Shown in pieces: positions 1 to 13,559 of a stretch of 64,000 nt of DNA. Each line of letters begins with the position of its first letter. Positions within the stretch are counted from its first letter, which is position 1. The notes beneath the pieces are model-generated. The model saw nothing but the letters and a program-made list of their open reading frames with translations. It was not told the origin of the DNA and searched no databases. Source of the stretch: Octopus vulgaris (Eukaryota); assembly GCA_951406725.2 (NCBI GenBank), contig OX597822.1, forward strand, positions 115,072,001-115,136,000, read 5' to 3'. The translations under genes were made by a program, and so were the position numbers.

Positions 1-8
1 TCAAAGCG

Positions 9-1376
9 TTGGCTCCGGTCATCTGCGAGCCTTTAACACGTCTATTCAATATGTCATTGGCGACGGGTGTTATTCCTGCGGACTGGAGAACAGCGATAAT
101 CTGCCCAATTTTCAAGAAAGGGAGCCGCGAAGACCCGCTTAACTACCGACCGGTTTCCCTTACTTCAATAATTAGCAAGATGTTAGAAACCATCCTTAAT
201 TAGTTAGTTAGTTAGTTAATTTGGCTCAAAAGCAAATAGCAAGGCCATGTAGGGGGACATGGAGTTAAGTACAGGGTGGTGTTCATGTAAAGAGTTCAGG
301 CCACTTGAGGTCCAGGGAGGCTTTGAACAAAGCGGTCGTCGGCATCTTCACCATCTCGTCTGGCAGCTTGTTCCACGGATCCGCAACCCGGATCTTAAGA
401 AAAGTATGATGCTCCACCTCCAAAACACAGCCTCTATCTCTGATTCGCAACACGGCTTCGTGCCGAAGAGATCATGCTTGACCAACTCACTGGTAATGGA
501 AGATTTGGTGACGCGCATCCTCGATGATGGTGATGCTGTTGACATCGTTTTATTGGACTTTGCCAAAGCTTTTGACTCGGTAAACCACCTCCTATTACTT
601 GTCAAGCTTCAAGCATATAGTTTCCATCTGGATATTGTACGATGAGTTGGTGCCTTCCTCTCAGATCGCTCCTTCCAAGTCCAAGTTAATGGTTCGCTGT
701 CCGACGTCTCCAGTGCGAGCAGTGGCGTGCCTCAAGGTTCAGTGCTTGGGCCCTTATTGTTCTTATTCTTCATAAATGACTTGCCCGACGACCTCACGCA
801 ACACACACTTCTATTTGCCGTTGATGTCAAACCGGTCGCTCATCACGGTGATATAGAGGATCTTCGTCGATGCCTCCACCAAATTTGGAGATGGTCTAAC
901 GAATAGGACCTGTGTCTGGATGTGTCAAAGTGCTGTTATCTGCCTGTTGGCTCTCCTCCAGCAACTCAACTTGATTTGAAGAAAGGCTGAAGACGCTCGA
1001 CTTTTATTCTCTAGAAAAACGACGACGCCGTGGAGATCTCATTCTTGCTCACAACATCATAAGCGGAAAGCGTAACCTCTCGAAAGAGCTGTTCTTCACT
1101 CCTGCTCCAGAGCGTCGGCTGCGGGGTCATTCCGAAAAGCTCTATCTGCGACGATTTCATCTCAATCGAAGGAGAGGGGCTTTCTCCGTTCGGGTTGCGG
1201 ATCCGTGGAATAAGCTGCCTGACGAGATGATGAAGATGCCGACGACCGCTCGGTTCAAAGTCTCCCTTGACCTCAAGTGGCCTGGACTCTTTACATGAAC
1301 ACCACCCTGTACATAACTCCATGTCCCTCTACATGGCCTTGCTTTTTGCTTTTTGAGACAAAAAATTAACTAACTA
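9..1376 (+). mobile_element. Degenerate CR1/L2-like LINE: RT fragment plus 3' end with (TAAC)n tail
   Basis: Translations LFNMSLATGVIPADWRTAIICPIFKKG, NYRPVSLTSIISKMLE, QHGFVPKRSCLTN, DIVLLDFAKAFDSVNH, SGVPQGSVLGPLLFLIFINDL and LFAVD (YADD-like). C-terminal RGHSEKL...FSVRVADPWNKLP. Ends in aattaactaacta. Contains stops and a nested insertion at 200-393. Confidence 0.9.
200..393 (-). mobile_element. 5'-truncated copy of the same LINE family nested antisense in the RT, 5-bp TSD CTTAA
   Basis: Reverse complement of ~1190-1376 with its own (TAAC)n tail. CTTAA at 195-199 and 394-398. Removing the insert restores KMLETILKKSMMLHLQ. Confidence 0.88.
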
Positions 1377-1479
1377 GCTGTCATTGGCTTCGATGTTTCC
1401 GTTTGACGGCAAATACTCCAAGCTTCAAGGTCACTGTCGATCTGCTCCTTGAAAAACAATATATACAAATACATACATA

Positions 1480-2268
<789 letters not shown>

Positions 2269-2509
2269 TGCTGGGAGTGTTTTTTGTCTTTCCATTTCCA
2301 AACGGGTTTTCCAAGTCCTATGCAGGCGAGGGAACGAACTGTAAACTTTGCCGCTGTCTCACCGGCAGAACACGGCCTACATTAAAAGATGCGTTCGCTA
2401 GCAGTATAGCAGCGTCTTTGTTACCTCAAGTACATCATAGCAGAATTCATCAAGGTGTTTGCACTCTACGAGTAAAACATACCACCTACTCCATTCAGTC
2501 TGTCTCTGC

Positions 2510-2670
2510 AGCTTTTACATGTTTCAGTCATTAGACTGCGTCCGTGCTGGGGCACCGCCTTGAAGAATTTTTAGTCGAATTTATCGACCTCAGTACTTCT
2601 TTCTTAAAAGTCTGGCACTTATTCTGCTGACCATTTTTGCAGAACCGCTAAGTTACAGGGACATCACCAC
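2510..2670 (-). mobile_element. 3' part of CORE-like tRNA SINE (family of 21448-21860)
   Basis: tgtttcagtcattagactgcg...gctggggcaccgcc...gaaccgctaagttac matches the reverse complement of the family 3' end. Confidence 0.75.
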
Positions 2671-2698
2671 ACACACGTGTATAAATACATGCGTGTGC

Positions 2699-2746
<48 letters not shown>

Positions 2747-2899
2747 TGGATGTGTGTTGGGGTGTATGTATGACACCAGTTGTTATGTCCTGTTATTATT
2801 TTTTACTGTGTTTGTATAACATTATCCGTTTTTTTTCTTCCGTCCTCGTTTTTGTATACATTCGCTGCTTTCTTCCAAGGAATCTAATGCTCTTAGCTT

Positions 2900-4060
2900 A
2901 GGATGTTGTGAAATTGTACGGCTCGCTTTTTTGACTTACTCTGAATTCCATAAGATGTCGTTTGCGCTCCAGTTTGGAATTTTCACAATCACAAGCCTGC
3001 CATTCTGATACAGACCCCTGCCAATGACATTAAAACAACTTTGTCGTTGGTTGGTCAGTAAAAAGCTTCCTAACTAACGTATTTCAGTGCATTACGAGCT
3101 TCACATGGTAAAATTAAAATCATCTGTTTCGTCCATTTTTAACCAGCAATTACCTTGTCAGAAAAAATGAAATTGTTTGCATAAAGAACTGCAGGTTGCT
3201 TTTTCTATGTCATCTACCTGCTTTCTGGTAAAATGAATGACTTTCAGAAAATATCTTAGCATATGGAAGCATAACAGCCAACACTGTCAGATTGCAGGAA
3301 TTTATATGTACTTTTTTTTCATGAGTCTTACACTTGTGCGATAATTGACACGCTTTTATACACAGTTTCAAAATCATAAACTGTTTTATATCAACGGTTA
3401 TTCCAAGATCGTTTTACTAACAAGTTAATGAGTTTACATTACGTCTGCTTTAGATGTTTCTGTGGTCTTTCAAAGAGAGAAATTTTGTGTTTTACGAGAT
3501 ATTTCAATTTTTCTTGCTTGTTATCTTCTCTGTTATCTTTTCTGCTTCGACATTGGTGCCGTTGTATTTTGCTGCTTTTGGTTATTTTGCAGAAGGCTGT
3601 TCTGTCACTATGCAAAAGATCGTCGTTTATATCAGTTCTTTGTTTTATCTGAAAATATGTGTAGGTGTTTGCGGGAATATTTTAAACCTGAATTTAGTTC
3701 ACATAGAAAAAAAGCCCAGTATTCTGCTGCTTGAATTTTATATTCATTGTCAAACCAAGAAGGTAATTTTCAATGCATCTCGGTTCTTATTTTGCGTGGG
3801 CCTTTCTTCAAGTTGAGTTAAGGAACATTTTCCTCCTGTGTTGTCTTGTTATTTCTGTTCTTCAGGAAGTAGATTTTCAGGGCATACGTTTATCTTGCTC
3901 AGGCATGTTTTTTTTTCATATCTGTTCTTCTAAGCAGACACTTCTGGGTGAAAGAGGAATGCTTTCGATCGAATATCTAACGTCAGGTCTTTTATTGTTT
4001 GCATTCTGTGTTTATTTTTAACTTTCATGTAGATAAACGGGTCTCAATTCTATGGAAACA
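2900..4060 (-). mobile_element. Highly degraded Penelope-like element RT remnant
   Basis: Hand translation of the minus strand gives TNVEAEKITEKI, FLSLKDHRN (cf. FITLKDHKENF), FLQSDSVGCYASI (cf. FDIxxFYPSI) and GLYQNGRLVIV (cf. GLYRDDGL) in the expected order, with many stops and frameshifts. Confidence 0.5.
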
Positions 4061-4129
4061 ATATTTAAAAAAAAAAATCTTATTGTATAAAAATAAAAAA
4101 AATAAGTTTATTTGTGGATGTAACATTTC

Positions 4130-4557
4130 GGATCTTTTCGGTTTGAACGGCAGTTTTTAACATAATTTCTAGGTAACTAAAAAATTTTAAACTTCGTATA
4201 CTGGTAGAATGTATTTATAAAATATCTTTTTCTCTTGGCTTTATTGAGAAAATTCTATAGTTTGTAAGATATTTGTTGTTTTTTTTCTTCAATTTCTGCA
4301 ATTTCAACCAATCAGTGACGTCTATTGAGTTAAAAAGCATTCTGTGCTTTATGAATATGTCCCTCGTTTAAGAAACAGATTGGGTTTATTTTACATTTGT
4401 GAAGAAAAAAATATACCATCCCCCCTAACCCTAACCCTAGCTAACCCTAACCCTAAAAGAGATTGAAATGCAATAGATCGATTCTAGGGTCATAATTATG
4501 GGTGATAATTTCATATGACACCGCTAGAAAAAAATGCCGTTCAAACCGAAAAGATCC
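4130..4557. mobile_element. MITE with ~23-bp TIRs and 8-bp TSD (Merlin- or hAT-like) carrying (CCCTAA)n
   Basis: TIR GGATCTTTTCGGTTTGAACGGCA and its reverse complement TGCCGTTCAAACCGAAAAGATCC. TSD AACATTTC at 4122-4129 and 4558-4565. Telomere-type repeats at ~4423-4456. Confidence 0.88.
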
Positions 4558-5481
4558 AACATTTCTTTTCAATTTACTGATGTGTGCCCTCCTACTGAAA
4601 GACCGACTCATTGAAACTATGATCCAAGAGGTTATTCCTGTTTGCACTTAAATAATCATACGCATGCACAACCCTACGCACGCACACACGCGCGCGCACA
4701 CATTTTAACGATGTAGACTCAAAGGGCTTTGTATGATTGTGTATAGAAGATTATATTCCTCAAAGGAATTCCAACTCTGATTTACACGTTTTATTTATAA
4801 TCGTATGATATTAATAAAAGATATAAAATAATATAGTAAAAACAAATGAAATGAAGTAATGTTGTTGTGGAAGACCAGAATGAAATGTGTAATGACAGAC
4901 CCCATGATCTCTGGCCTCGCTTGTCAGAGCGCGAGTTTCGAAAAAGATGGAAGCGTGTTGCACGGATGCTGGGCGTGAAAGACACTGCATGAACGCGCTA
5001 TAAGTCATCTACCAAGGTTTCAGTGGAAAAACAGGGCTCGTGGGGTCGGCAATCTTGTTTTTTCTACTTCATGTGTCCTTTTCGTGTTTTTGTTTTGTCA
5101 ATTTGTATCATCCAATTTCCGATTTTATTGTAAATACCATAGTTTTCACATGACCCCAATCATGTTGTGCTGTCCCCCTCTATGTTGGCCCTTTATGGGT
5201 AATAAAGAAATCGCAGAACCTGATATTATGCTGTCGCTTATTCATCGATACTCTGAAACTGAAATTTCACCAACTGAATACTCACCATGTAGTGCCTTTA
5301 TGCTTTTTGCTGAATTTTACATCGAGAAAGGAACCCTGAGGAAGGAGGGCTGAATTTCGAATACTTCGTACAACCACTTTTCTGAAACGGCTGCAGGTTA
5401 GGAAAAAAAATCTTAATCGCGTCTTTCAATTTAGGTTTTTATTTTTCATGTTTATATTCGTATTTCATTGTTAAGTTTATA

Positions 5482-6047
5482 TTGGGTTGTCCGGAAAGTT
5501 CGTTCTGATTTTTAAAGGAAAGTAAAGATCACTAAATACTTGCTATTACATTTTTAATGAACCAAATCTGAACCATTTCGTTGCACAATACGTCTGCATC
5601 TTTCCTTTAACTTGAAAATACCCTCTTCCCAGAATTGGGGTGGTTTCAAGGCAAAGAATTCATCAAGGTATCTTTTTACGTCATCTAAAGAATTGAAATT
5701 TTTACCATTAAGACTTTTCTGCAGAGACTTGAATAAGTGGAAATCCGAAGGAGCAATATCTGGGGAATAGGGAGGGTGTGGGTAACACATCCCAGCCGAG
5801 CTGCAGCAATTTTTGTCTGGTTCCCAAAGCATCAAGTGCCGAAAATGAACTTTCTCATCTTTTATTTTAAAGGGTTACAGAATTAACACAGGTTATAGGA
5901 ACGTAAACCTTCTTCCACGAAAAGATAGCTTAAACTGTGCTCTAAATGGAGGTGTAGTCAAATCCTATTTTATGGACTCAAACATGTTCTAAAATAAGTC
6001 CAAAGATAAGCTACTATAAATCGGCACGAACTTTCCGGACAACCCAA
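5482..6047 (-). mobile_element. Internally deleted mariner (DD34D) element with both TIRs and TA TSD
   Basis: TIR TTGGGTTGTCCGGAAAGTTCGT at both ends, TA flanks. ORF 5554-5835(-) has HPPYSPDIAPSDFHLFKSLQ...GIFKLKERCRRIVQRNG. Confidence 0.92.
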
Positions 6048-6294
6048 TATTTCTATATTTTTATCATGAAACTCTTAGCATAAATATGTGTATATTTGTA
6101 TGGAATAATACTTCATGTGCTACATCTGAATTTTCTTGTCTGAATGTTTTAAGACAAATAACCGAAATTTTTATCGTATACCACATTTTATTAATACTTC
6201 GCTCATATACGGAGACAAAAATGTTGTACTATATACTGAAGGTTATCTCCATTAAAATTCTCGTATTATATACATTATATATATATAATATACA

Positions 6295-7022
6295 CACTGG
6301 CGAAAATAAATTTAAGACCGATGATAAAAGTTCTATTTCTTACAAAATATTATGTTACTAGTCCTTTGCCGAACTTTATATTGACCAGTCTCCGAGTATA
6401 ACTTCCACGCTTGCACGCAAGCCGGTTTACAGCACTTCAGTTGCTTGCTGATGTTCGAAAAGGAAACTTTTTGCTGTAATATACGATTTTTGCTCTCGTG
6501 ACTGGACTAAGGCTACGTTGTTTTCCCATTATTAATAAAGTGTATAATAACATTAAATTATAATTTTATATGGTGCATTTAGGCTCGTTGTGTGACCACC
6601 CATTTTGGCCCAAAAAATTGCATACATATTACATGGTCTTAAACTAATTTTGCCGGTAAATTTGAAACGTTTATATTACGTTCTGAGTTCAAAATTCCGC
6701 CGAGGTCGACTTTGCCTTTCATCCTTTCGGGGTCGATAAATTAAGTATCATTTACGCACTGGGGTCGATGTAATCGACTTAATCCGTTTGTCTGTCCTTG
6801 TTTGTCCCTTCTATGTTTAGTCCCTTGTGGGCAGTAAAAAAATATATATTAATTTAGCATTAGAATTCTTCAAGCTGTATAAAAATTGTTTGCATCATTC
6901 GAAAGAGAAATAAATTTTGCATAAGGTGTAAAAGATATAAATAATTTGTATGGTGTTAGTAACAGAATATTTTGTAAGAAATAGAACTTTTATCGTCGGT
7001 TTTAAATATATTTTCGCCAGTG
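6295..7022. mobile_element. MITE with ~65-bp TIRs beginning CACTGGCG; nested SINE at ~6665-6845
   Basis: cactggcgaaaataaatttaagaccgatgataaaagttctatttcttacaaaatattatgttacta is mirrored at ~6957-7022. An internal Meta-domain SINE fragment is present. Confidence 0.8.
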
Positions 7023-7028
7023 TATATA

Positions 7029-8130
7029 TCTCAGGTCATCCCATAAGTTCTGTCCTAATTTTGGATAAAGAATCCAAGTGATCAAATGTTATATTTAATT
7101 GAAATTTAATCATCAATGTACTTTCCCTGATTATCTATGACTTACCCCCATCTATTTACAAGCTTTTTAATCCCATCAATGTAAAACTCTGTTGGTTTCA
7201 AAGCGAAGAACTCTGAAATGTCAGGTTCGACCTCCTCTTGGCTTATGAAGGTTGTGTCCCCCTTATAATTCTGTAAACTATGAAACAAATGGTATCCTGA
7301 AGGAGTAAGGTTGGGAGAATAAGTTGGATGAAGAAATCTTTCCAAACCGACCTCTTCGATCTTCTGTGATGTGATCTTTGCAGTGTGGGGTTGCGCATTG
7401 TCCTGATGAAACATTACTCGTTTTCGACTCACTAAAGCGGCTCTTTTTTCCTTCAAAGCTTGGTTCAAACCTCTAATTGCTGACAGTAGACTTGAGCATT
7501 GATTGTTGCATTAGGTGGTAACAATATAAAGTGAATTACGCCTTTGCAATCGCACCAGATAGAGTAGAACCTTTTTTCCCATGAAGTTCCCTTCTCGGTT
7601 GTGGTTGAGCGTTTTTCCTTTTACCAAGCCACTGTTTACGACGTTTAACATTTCGATAGAAGATCCAATTTTTGTCACCAGTGACAAGTCTATCCAAAAA
7701 GGGTGAAATGAGTTCGCAAGAATGGGGAGACGAGCAGATGTCAACTCGGGATTTGCAATTGCTTTCGGACAATTCATGAGGCACCCATTTTCCAAGTTAA
7801 GGAATCTTTCCACGTTGTTGAAGATGACGATGAACTGTTGTATGGTTTGAAGTAAGCTTTATTGCCAATTCTTCAACTGATAATGCAGGATTTTCTTCAA
7901 GTAATGCCTCAAGGAGCTTATCATCAAACTCAACTGGACATCCTGTTCGATTTTCATCTTCAATTTTGCAAACGATCTCCTGCAAGTTCTTTCATTCAAG
8001 CACTTTCCCATAAACTGAATGTATGTTCCGAGTCACTTCGGCTTCAGAGTTACCTTTATTGTACTCATAAAGAATTATTATGTGCCTCAAATGCTCCTTG
8101 GATACTTCCATGTTGAAAGGGTTTTAATCA
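7029..8130 (-). mobile_element. Mariner transposase pseudogene (one TIR visible at ~7030-7062)
   Basis: Frameshifted ORFs EDENRTGCPVEFDD, W(M)PHELSE, FLDRLVTGDKNWIFYRN, FHQDNAQPH, HPTYSPNLTPSGYHLF. Confidence 0.9.
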
Positions 8131-8139
8131 AAGTAATTT

Positions 8140-8772
8140 TAGGCTGTCCACGAAACCTGGGTACATGGAATAAAATCATAACATAAACAAATATAAGAAA
8201 TAATTTTCCTTTTTTACTTTTGTTTAAATTAAATAAAAAAATACTTTACTTTTCTAAATTTATTTGTTATTTTTTCTACATATGATTGAATGATGGCTCT
8301 GTCTAAAGAAGAAAGAATCCCAGATCGAATGATGGATCTGTCTAAATAAGAAAGAATCGAGTTAGTATTATTAAGTGGACGAAAAGGATGGTCTTATCGC
8401 AAAATTGCGGAAGAATTTAATCTTCACACCCTTATAGGCAACCTATTTTTTTTACTGCCGTCGGGAAATTGATCAAGAAATTTAAAAAAACAGGCAATGT
8501 TTTGGATAAACCCCGTTCCGGGCGACCATAGACTTCAGATGAAACGAAAGAGACAGTCATGGCTAAAGTTTCTGCTAGCCCAAAGAAATCACTTCGTCGG
8601 ACATCCACGGTGTTAGGTGTTCCAAAACCAACCATCCACAAAATGCTGGTTGAGGAAAAGTTTCATTGATACAACCTACATATATAGCATCACTTAAATG
8701 AAGACGACCCTGATAGACGAATGTAGACGTGCGAATGGTTTTCAGATAAATTGGATGAAAATATCAATTTTC
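8140..8772 (+). mobile_element. 5' half of a Tc1/mariner-superfamily element (DUF4817-type HTH), 3'-truncated at a TA microsatellite
   Basis: Translation MALSKEERI...WSYRKIAEEFN...KLIKKFKKTGNVLDKPRSGRP...SPKKSLRRTS...[15 protein letters not shown]. Short internal tandem duplication at ~8288-8359. Confidence 0.75.
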
Positions 8773-8852
8773 AATATATATATGTATATATGTATATATA
8801 TGTATATATGTATATATATATATGTATATATATATGTATATATATGTATATA

Positions 8853-8917
<65 letters not shown>

Positions 8918-9024
8918 GTATATATATATATATATATTATTAGTCGCCATGATAGATCGTTAGCCACTACACACATTTTTTTCTCTCCTTGTTTTTTCTG
9001 TGTCCCTTTCTGTAGAAGAGCGTA

Positions 9025-9125
9025 GGCTACAGCAGAAGACACATGCCAAGTCACCACACAGTCGGACTGAACCCAGGACCATGTGTTTGGAACGTAGTTT
9101 GCTACCACACAGCCACACCTGCCCC
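9025..9125 (-). mobile_element. 5' part of CORE-like tRNA SINE
   Basis: gaagacacatgccaag...ggactgaacccaggaccatgtg...ccacacagccacacctgc. Confidence 0.7.
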
Positions 9126-9699
9126 TATGTATGTGTGTGTGTGCGCGTATGTGTGTATGGGTAGATATATTATGTATGTATATATGTGTATATATATGTG
9201 TACATATTACATGTACATCTATATATATATACATCTACACATAAAATACAAAATACAAAGTTATATCTTGATATCGCTAGTGATAACAATACTCAAAATA
9301 TATAACAGACCGGAATTGTTAGCCCGTCTCTTGTAATTTCGATCAATTGGATCTTGTCCTCCCCCTTGTATAGAAGTGTACGGCTGCAGCGAAATTCATT
9401 GTTGGACTTTCTTCTATCGAAGGCATTTTAATAAAAATGCTTCCCTAAAGATGGTGAAAATATTGTCAATTTCCCCAAACAGGGACACAATTCAATTTTT
9501 AAACAATAACCAAAGCCCCTTCTCTGAAAGAGGGAGGGCTACGGTTTACAATTATTTAACAAATGCAACACAACAACGTTTCCCTGACGAGGAACCAATA
9601 AACGTGATTACAATAGTCAAACAGTAATAATAATAATAACAAACCTTTTTAATTTATCCCCATTTATGTGAAACCACTTATTCAAGTTTAAGTCATTGA

Positions 9700-10148
9700 T
9701 GCAAATTTATACGAATTGCTAATACACACACACACATAATAAGGGTGAAAAATTGAATATTAATTTGATTAATATGAATTGAAAACCAGTGGTGTGGCAT
9801 ATAAGACCATAGCACATCTTCTTCTAGCAAAATGGATGACCAATGTTAATGGTTCATCCCTGTTATATAATACTTTCACTTTAATAGTTTCAGTATTAAA
9901 GTGAAAGTGTCTGCATTACAATAGAGAGATGTTTTTATTTCACTTTTAACACGTGATACTGAAATAGTGGAGAAGATATGATATTGCTGTGGGGTCGCCC
10001 TAGGGAAAAAGTTAAATTTTTTTGCCGATGACACTCCCCGGACCTTAAGTAAGGCATGTGTAAAATTTGAATGAAATTGGTTGCGTAGTTCTCAAGTTTT
10101 AGGGAAACACACAGACAGACAGACAGACAGACAGGCACACATTCTCAG

Positions 10149-10186
<38 letters not shown>

Positions 10187-10190
10187 AGAG
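9700..10190 (-). mobile_element. Probable non-autonomous Helitron-like element (5' end)
   Basis: Minus strand begins TC-(TA)n-AAAAAACTGAGAATGTGTGCCTGTCTGTCTG...CAACCAATTTCATTCAAATTTTACAC, a layout common in animal non-autonomous Helitron 5' ends. I found no clear 3' hairpin or CTAG. Confidence 0.5.
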
Positions 10191-11614
10191 ATAGTGCGTC
10201 ATATACATTATCTTCATCTAATTACAGTATCTTCGGTGTGATGTGTAGCTACCTGAGTACCCCTCGTTGAGTAATTATTACATCAGAGGATGCTGGCCAG
10301 GATATATATGTAGCCTAAATTTTACCTGCTCCACTCCCTCAATTTGTATTTTTATTCGCATTCATAGCAACTCAAGTTACTAACAGTGAGCTTTAAAAAC
10401 TTATTTCAGCTTATCGAACTTCGATATGAGAAAAGGCAACAACCTTAGACGCCAATAAATTATTATTGTTCCTGAACGTTGTTTTTATATCTATTGATAT
10501 TACCAACTGCTCGAAGCTTAATGAGGAGCAGTAGTTTTGGTGAAGTACTGTCATACCACAAGAAAATTCTTAATAAATTGAAATTTCCCTGGGTTGGAGA
10601 AAAATGAAATCTACTGCAATTTTGAATGTCCCTCAAACAGAAAGGCAGTTGAGTCGAACAAATTAAAAATTCTTCTCTAAATTTAATTTACTCCTTCAAA
10701 CGAAATTCAGTTAATTATTTACAAGTAGAGGACAACTATGAACATGTTTCAGTTCTTACACCTCGTCAGCTTATTACAATGTTTTTTAATATTTTGTAAC
10801 CAATTGATAAAGATTTTTACTCATAGAAACAGTGACAAAAATAGTTTTAGACCAGTATATCTGGACACAGCAAAAAAAAAGAAAAAAAAAAGAAATGATC
10901 TAAGGGGAAATAATTCAAATTAGTCAATGAGACGAATTTGAAAACTGCTTATAATCTGTGAGCGAAGTTGAAACTAAATGAATTGGTTTTGATATTTACA
11001 TCAGAGTCATTTTGGCTTAAAGAATTTATACTCCAATTTGGCGGTGATAAACCGAGCAATGACTAAAGAATTGAATGAATGACATGTTCATGGCAAAAAT
11101 GTTAACTTACAATATACTAAGTTTTATATTTACTACAAAGCTTTAAGGTGAATTTGTAATCACTACATTGTGCATATGATTCGAGTGCATGTCTCTTTTT
11201 TCATTTCTCTTCGTAATTGCTTCCTGTTCTCTTATGTAAAGCAGTAAAGCAACATCTACATCGCCATGTTGCAAATCTCGTAATTTAAATACGTGTAGAG
11301 TATATATAATAATACATGTTAGTGCAGCTTTTGTTAAATTTGTTTACATCAAATATACAATTTTCTTGCGTAGATTCAAAGCTGCGTATTATATTGATCA
11401 TGTATAATTGATTCTTAGATGTCTTGTAGTTCTTGATATGGTTTATTCTTTTTTATTCATTCCTTCTACATGTTTCCTTTTTCTTTTGCAGACTTCTTAT
11501 AGAATACGACAAGGAAAATATTACCAGTAAATAAGTGGAATGCCGTACTATGTTATATAATTTCTCGTAGACTGAAGTTATTATATACTTAGCATGTATC
11601 TGTGCATAGATACA

Positions 11615-11728
<114 letters not shown>

Positions 11729-11729
11729 A

Positions 11730-11781
<52 letters not shown>

Positions 11782-13484
11782 GTATATGTGCATTTATATG
11801 CATATGTATATATTTGTATGTATACATGTGTATATATATATAACATATATGCATTTGTGCGTGTGTGTGTGTTATACAAAACTTTTATACACTTTTCCTC
11901 CAGCTTTAACGATTTGGCAATTGTCTGTATTCTACAGATTATCATTTTGCGTATACCGATACTTCTGCAGACACATGTCTATGCACACACATACATATGC
12001 ACAAATACCAAACATATGATTCTTTTATAAAAGTCTGTACATATTTTTCATGCAAATGTCACTTAAGGATAAAAGAGTATAATATGTACGAGTAATATTC
12101 TATACGAAGATGGTTGTATCCATCACAACTCTAAGGAAACTTTCCTGATAATAAATAAATTTATGAAATAAATAAATAAATAAATTTCTTCCCATATTTG
12201 AGATTAATTTCTTTAACATGAAAATCAAATTCCCTCTCTTTATTTTTGTTTTTTAATGCAAAAGTTAGAAACGGTGGAATAATACACTCTCTCATTGCGA
12301 AATTTCCTGAACTTATGATAATAACGTTGTTACATGTGGAGACTGAACGTTTGGAGGTCGGTGACTGTAAGCAAAAGTAGGCATCCATGGAATTCTTGTA
12401 GGAAGTAGTTCTGGAGAGAAAGGAGAGTCAGTAATGTAGGTTTTGTGATTTGAGATAAGGTAAGAATGGTTGTAGGAGAAGAGAACAATATTGCTTTTGC
12501 TGTAATTCTGGCTAGATAAAAGATGGCTGTTGAATAACCAAGCACCAAGTTTCGGGGAGGTTTAGGTCTTATGATGCGTTGCTGTTACATTCTGAAACTG
12601 ATGAAATTTCAGGACTGAATTTGGAACAGATAAAGATGTTACTAGTAATTGGCTGGAATTAACTGTTGTAAATTTCCAAACATTGGGAAAGATTTCTGCG
12701 GGGAGAAAGGGAGAAAAAGAGGGGATAGAAAGAATGAAAAAGAAAGTTTATTGACGTTAGCGTCTTTCGTACATTTTTTGAGGGTAACAAAAGGAAGTCG
12801 TCAGAGATGATCAGTTTTTAAACATGAATCAATAGAAAGTTTGTACTTGACAACTGTGAGTAAGTTATTGTGAAAGAGGTGGCATGGAGACTGATGACTG
12901 GGAGTATTTTATTGTGTGTGCAGTGTGACTTAAAAGGAAAGCCGTCAGCAAATATAAATTCACCGCGGAAGCGCAGCTTCAGTCAGCAGTAAATGAAAAA
13001 TGCCGAACTCATCTTCGAAATGCTAAAATCATATTCGTAAAATATATAGAGTGGCGAATATTTTTAGAAATTGCACCACCAGTGGCCTAGCATGTATAAA
13101 ACGTCTAACAACTTTTACCTTGTTATTTTTTTACGGTTATACCTAGGCTTCAGATTTCTTTAGCAAAGGCGACTGAAACTGCGCTTGCGCGGTGAATTTT
13201 GAAAATTTAAAACATATAATGATGAGACACGTGTTATTTGTCTCTAAATTATATGTTAATGTTATGGTACGGTTACTGAGGAGGATTCGCCTAGAAAATT
13301 ATTTTATTTGTTAAAGAAATCTGAAACCTAGGTATAAACGTAAAAAATAACAAGGTAAAAGTTTTTACTTTTCATTCCCATCGAAAATTGCTCTTAAATG
13401 TGGTTTTGGTCCTTTTGACTGCTTCTTCTAGCGTATAAAAAATTACCTATTAAAGGTGGTTTTCTCTTGTGTTTAAATGTACAC

Positions 13485-13559
<75 letters not shown>

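Noticed and set aside
4423-4456. True telomere or chromosome-fusion site
   Set aside because: Only about five repeats, lying inside a TIR/TSD-bounded MITE.
9575-9610. Hammerhead-like CTGACGA...AAAC (also CTGAGGA...GAATAC at ~5336-5365)
   Set aside because: Stem II and the GAAA element are incomplete; at best these are decayed pLTR remnants.
12290-12780. Purine-skewed block possibly from a retroelement ORF
   Set aside because: No convincing RT or endonuclease motif could be read.
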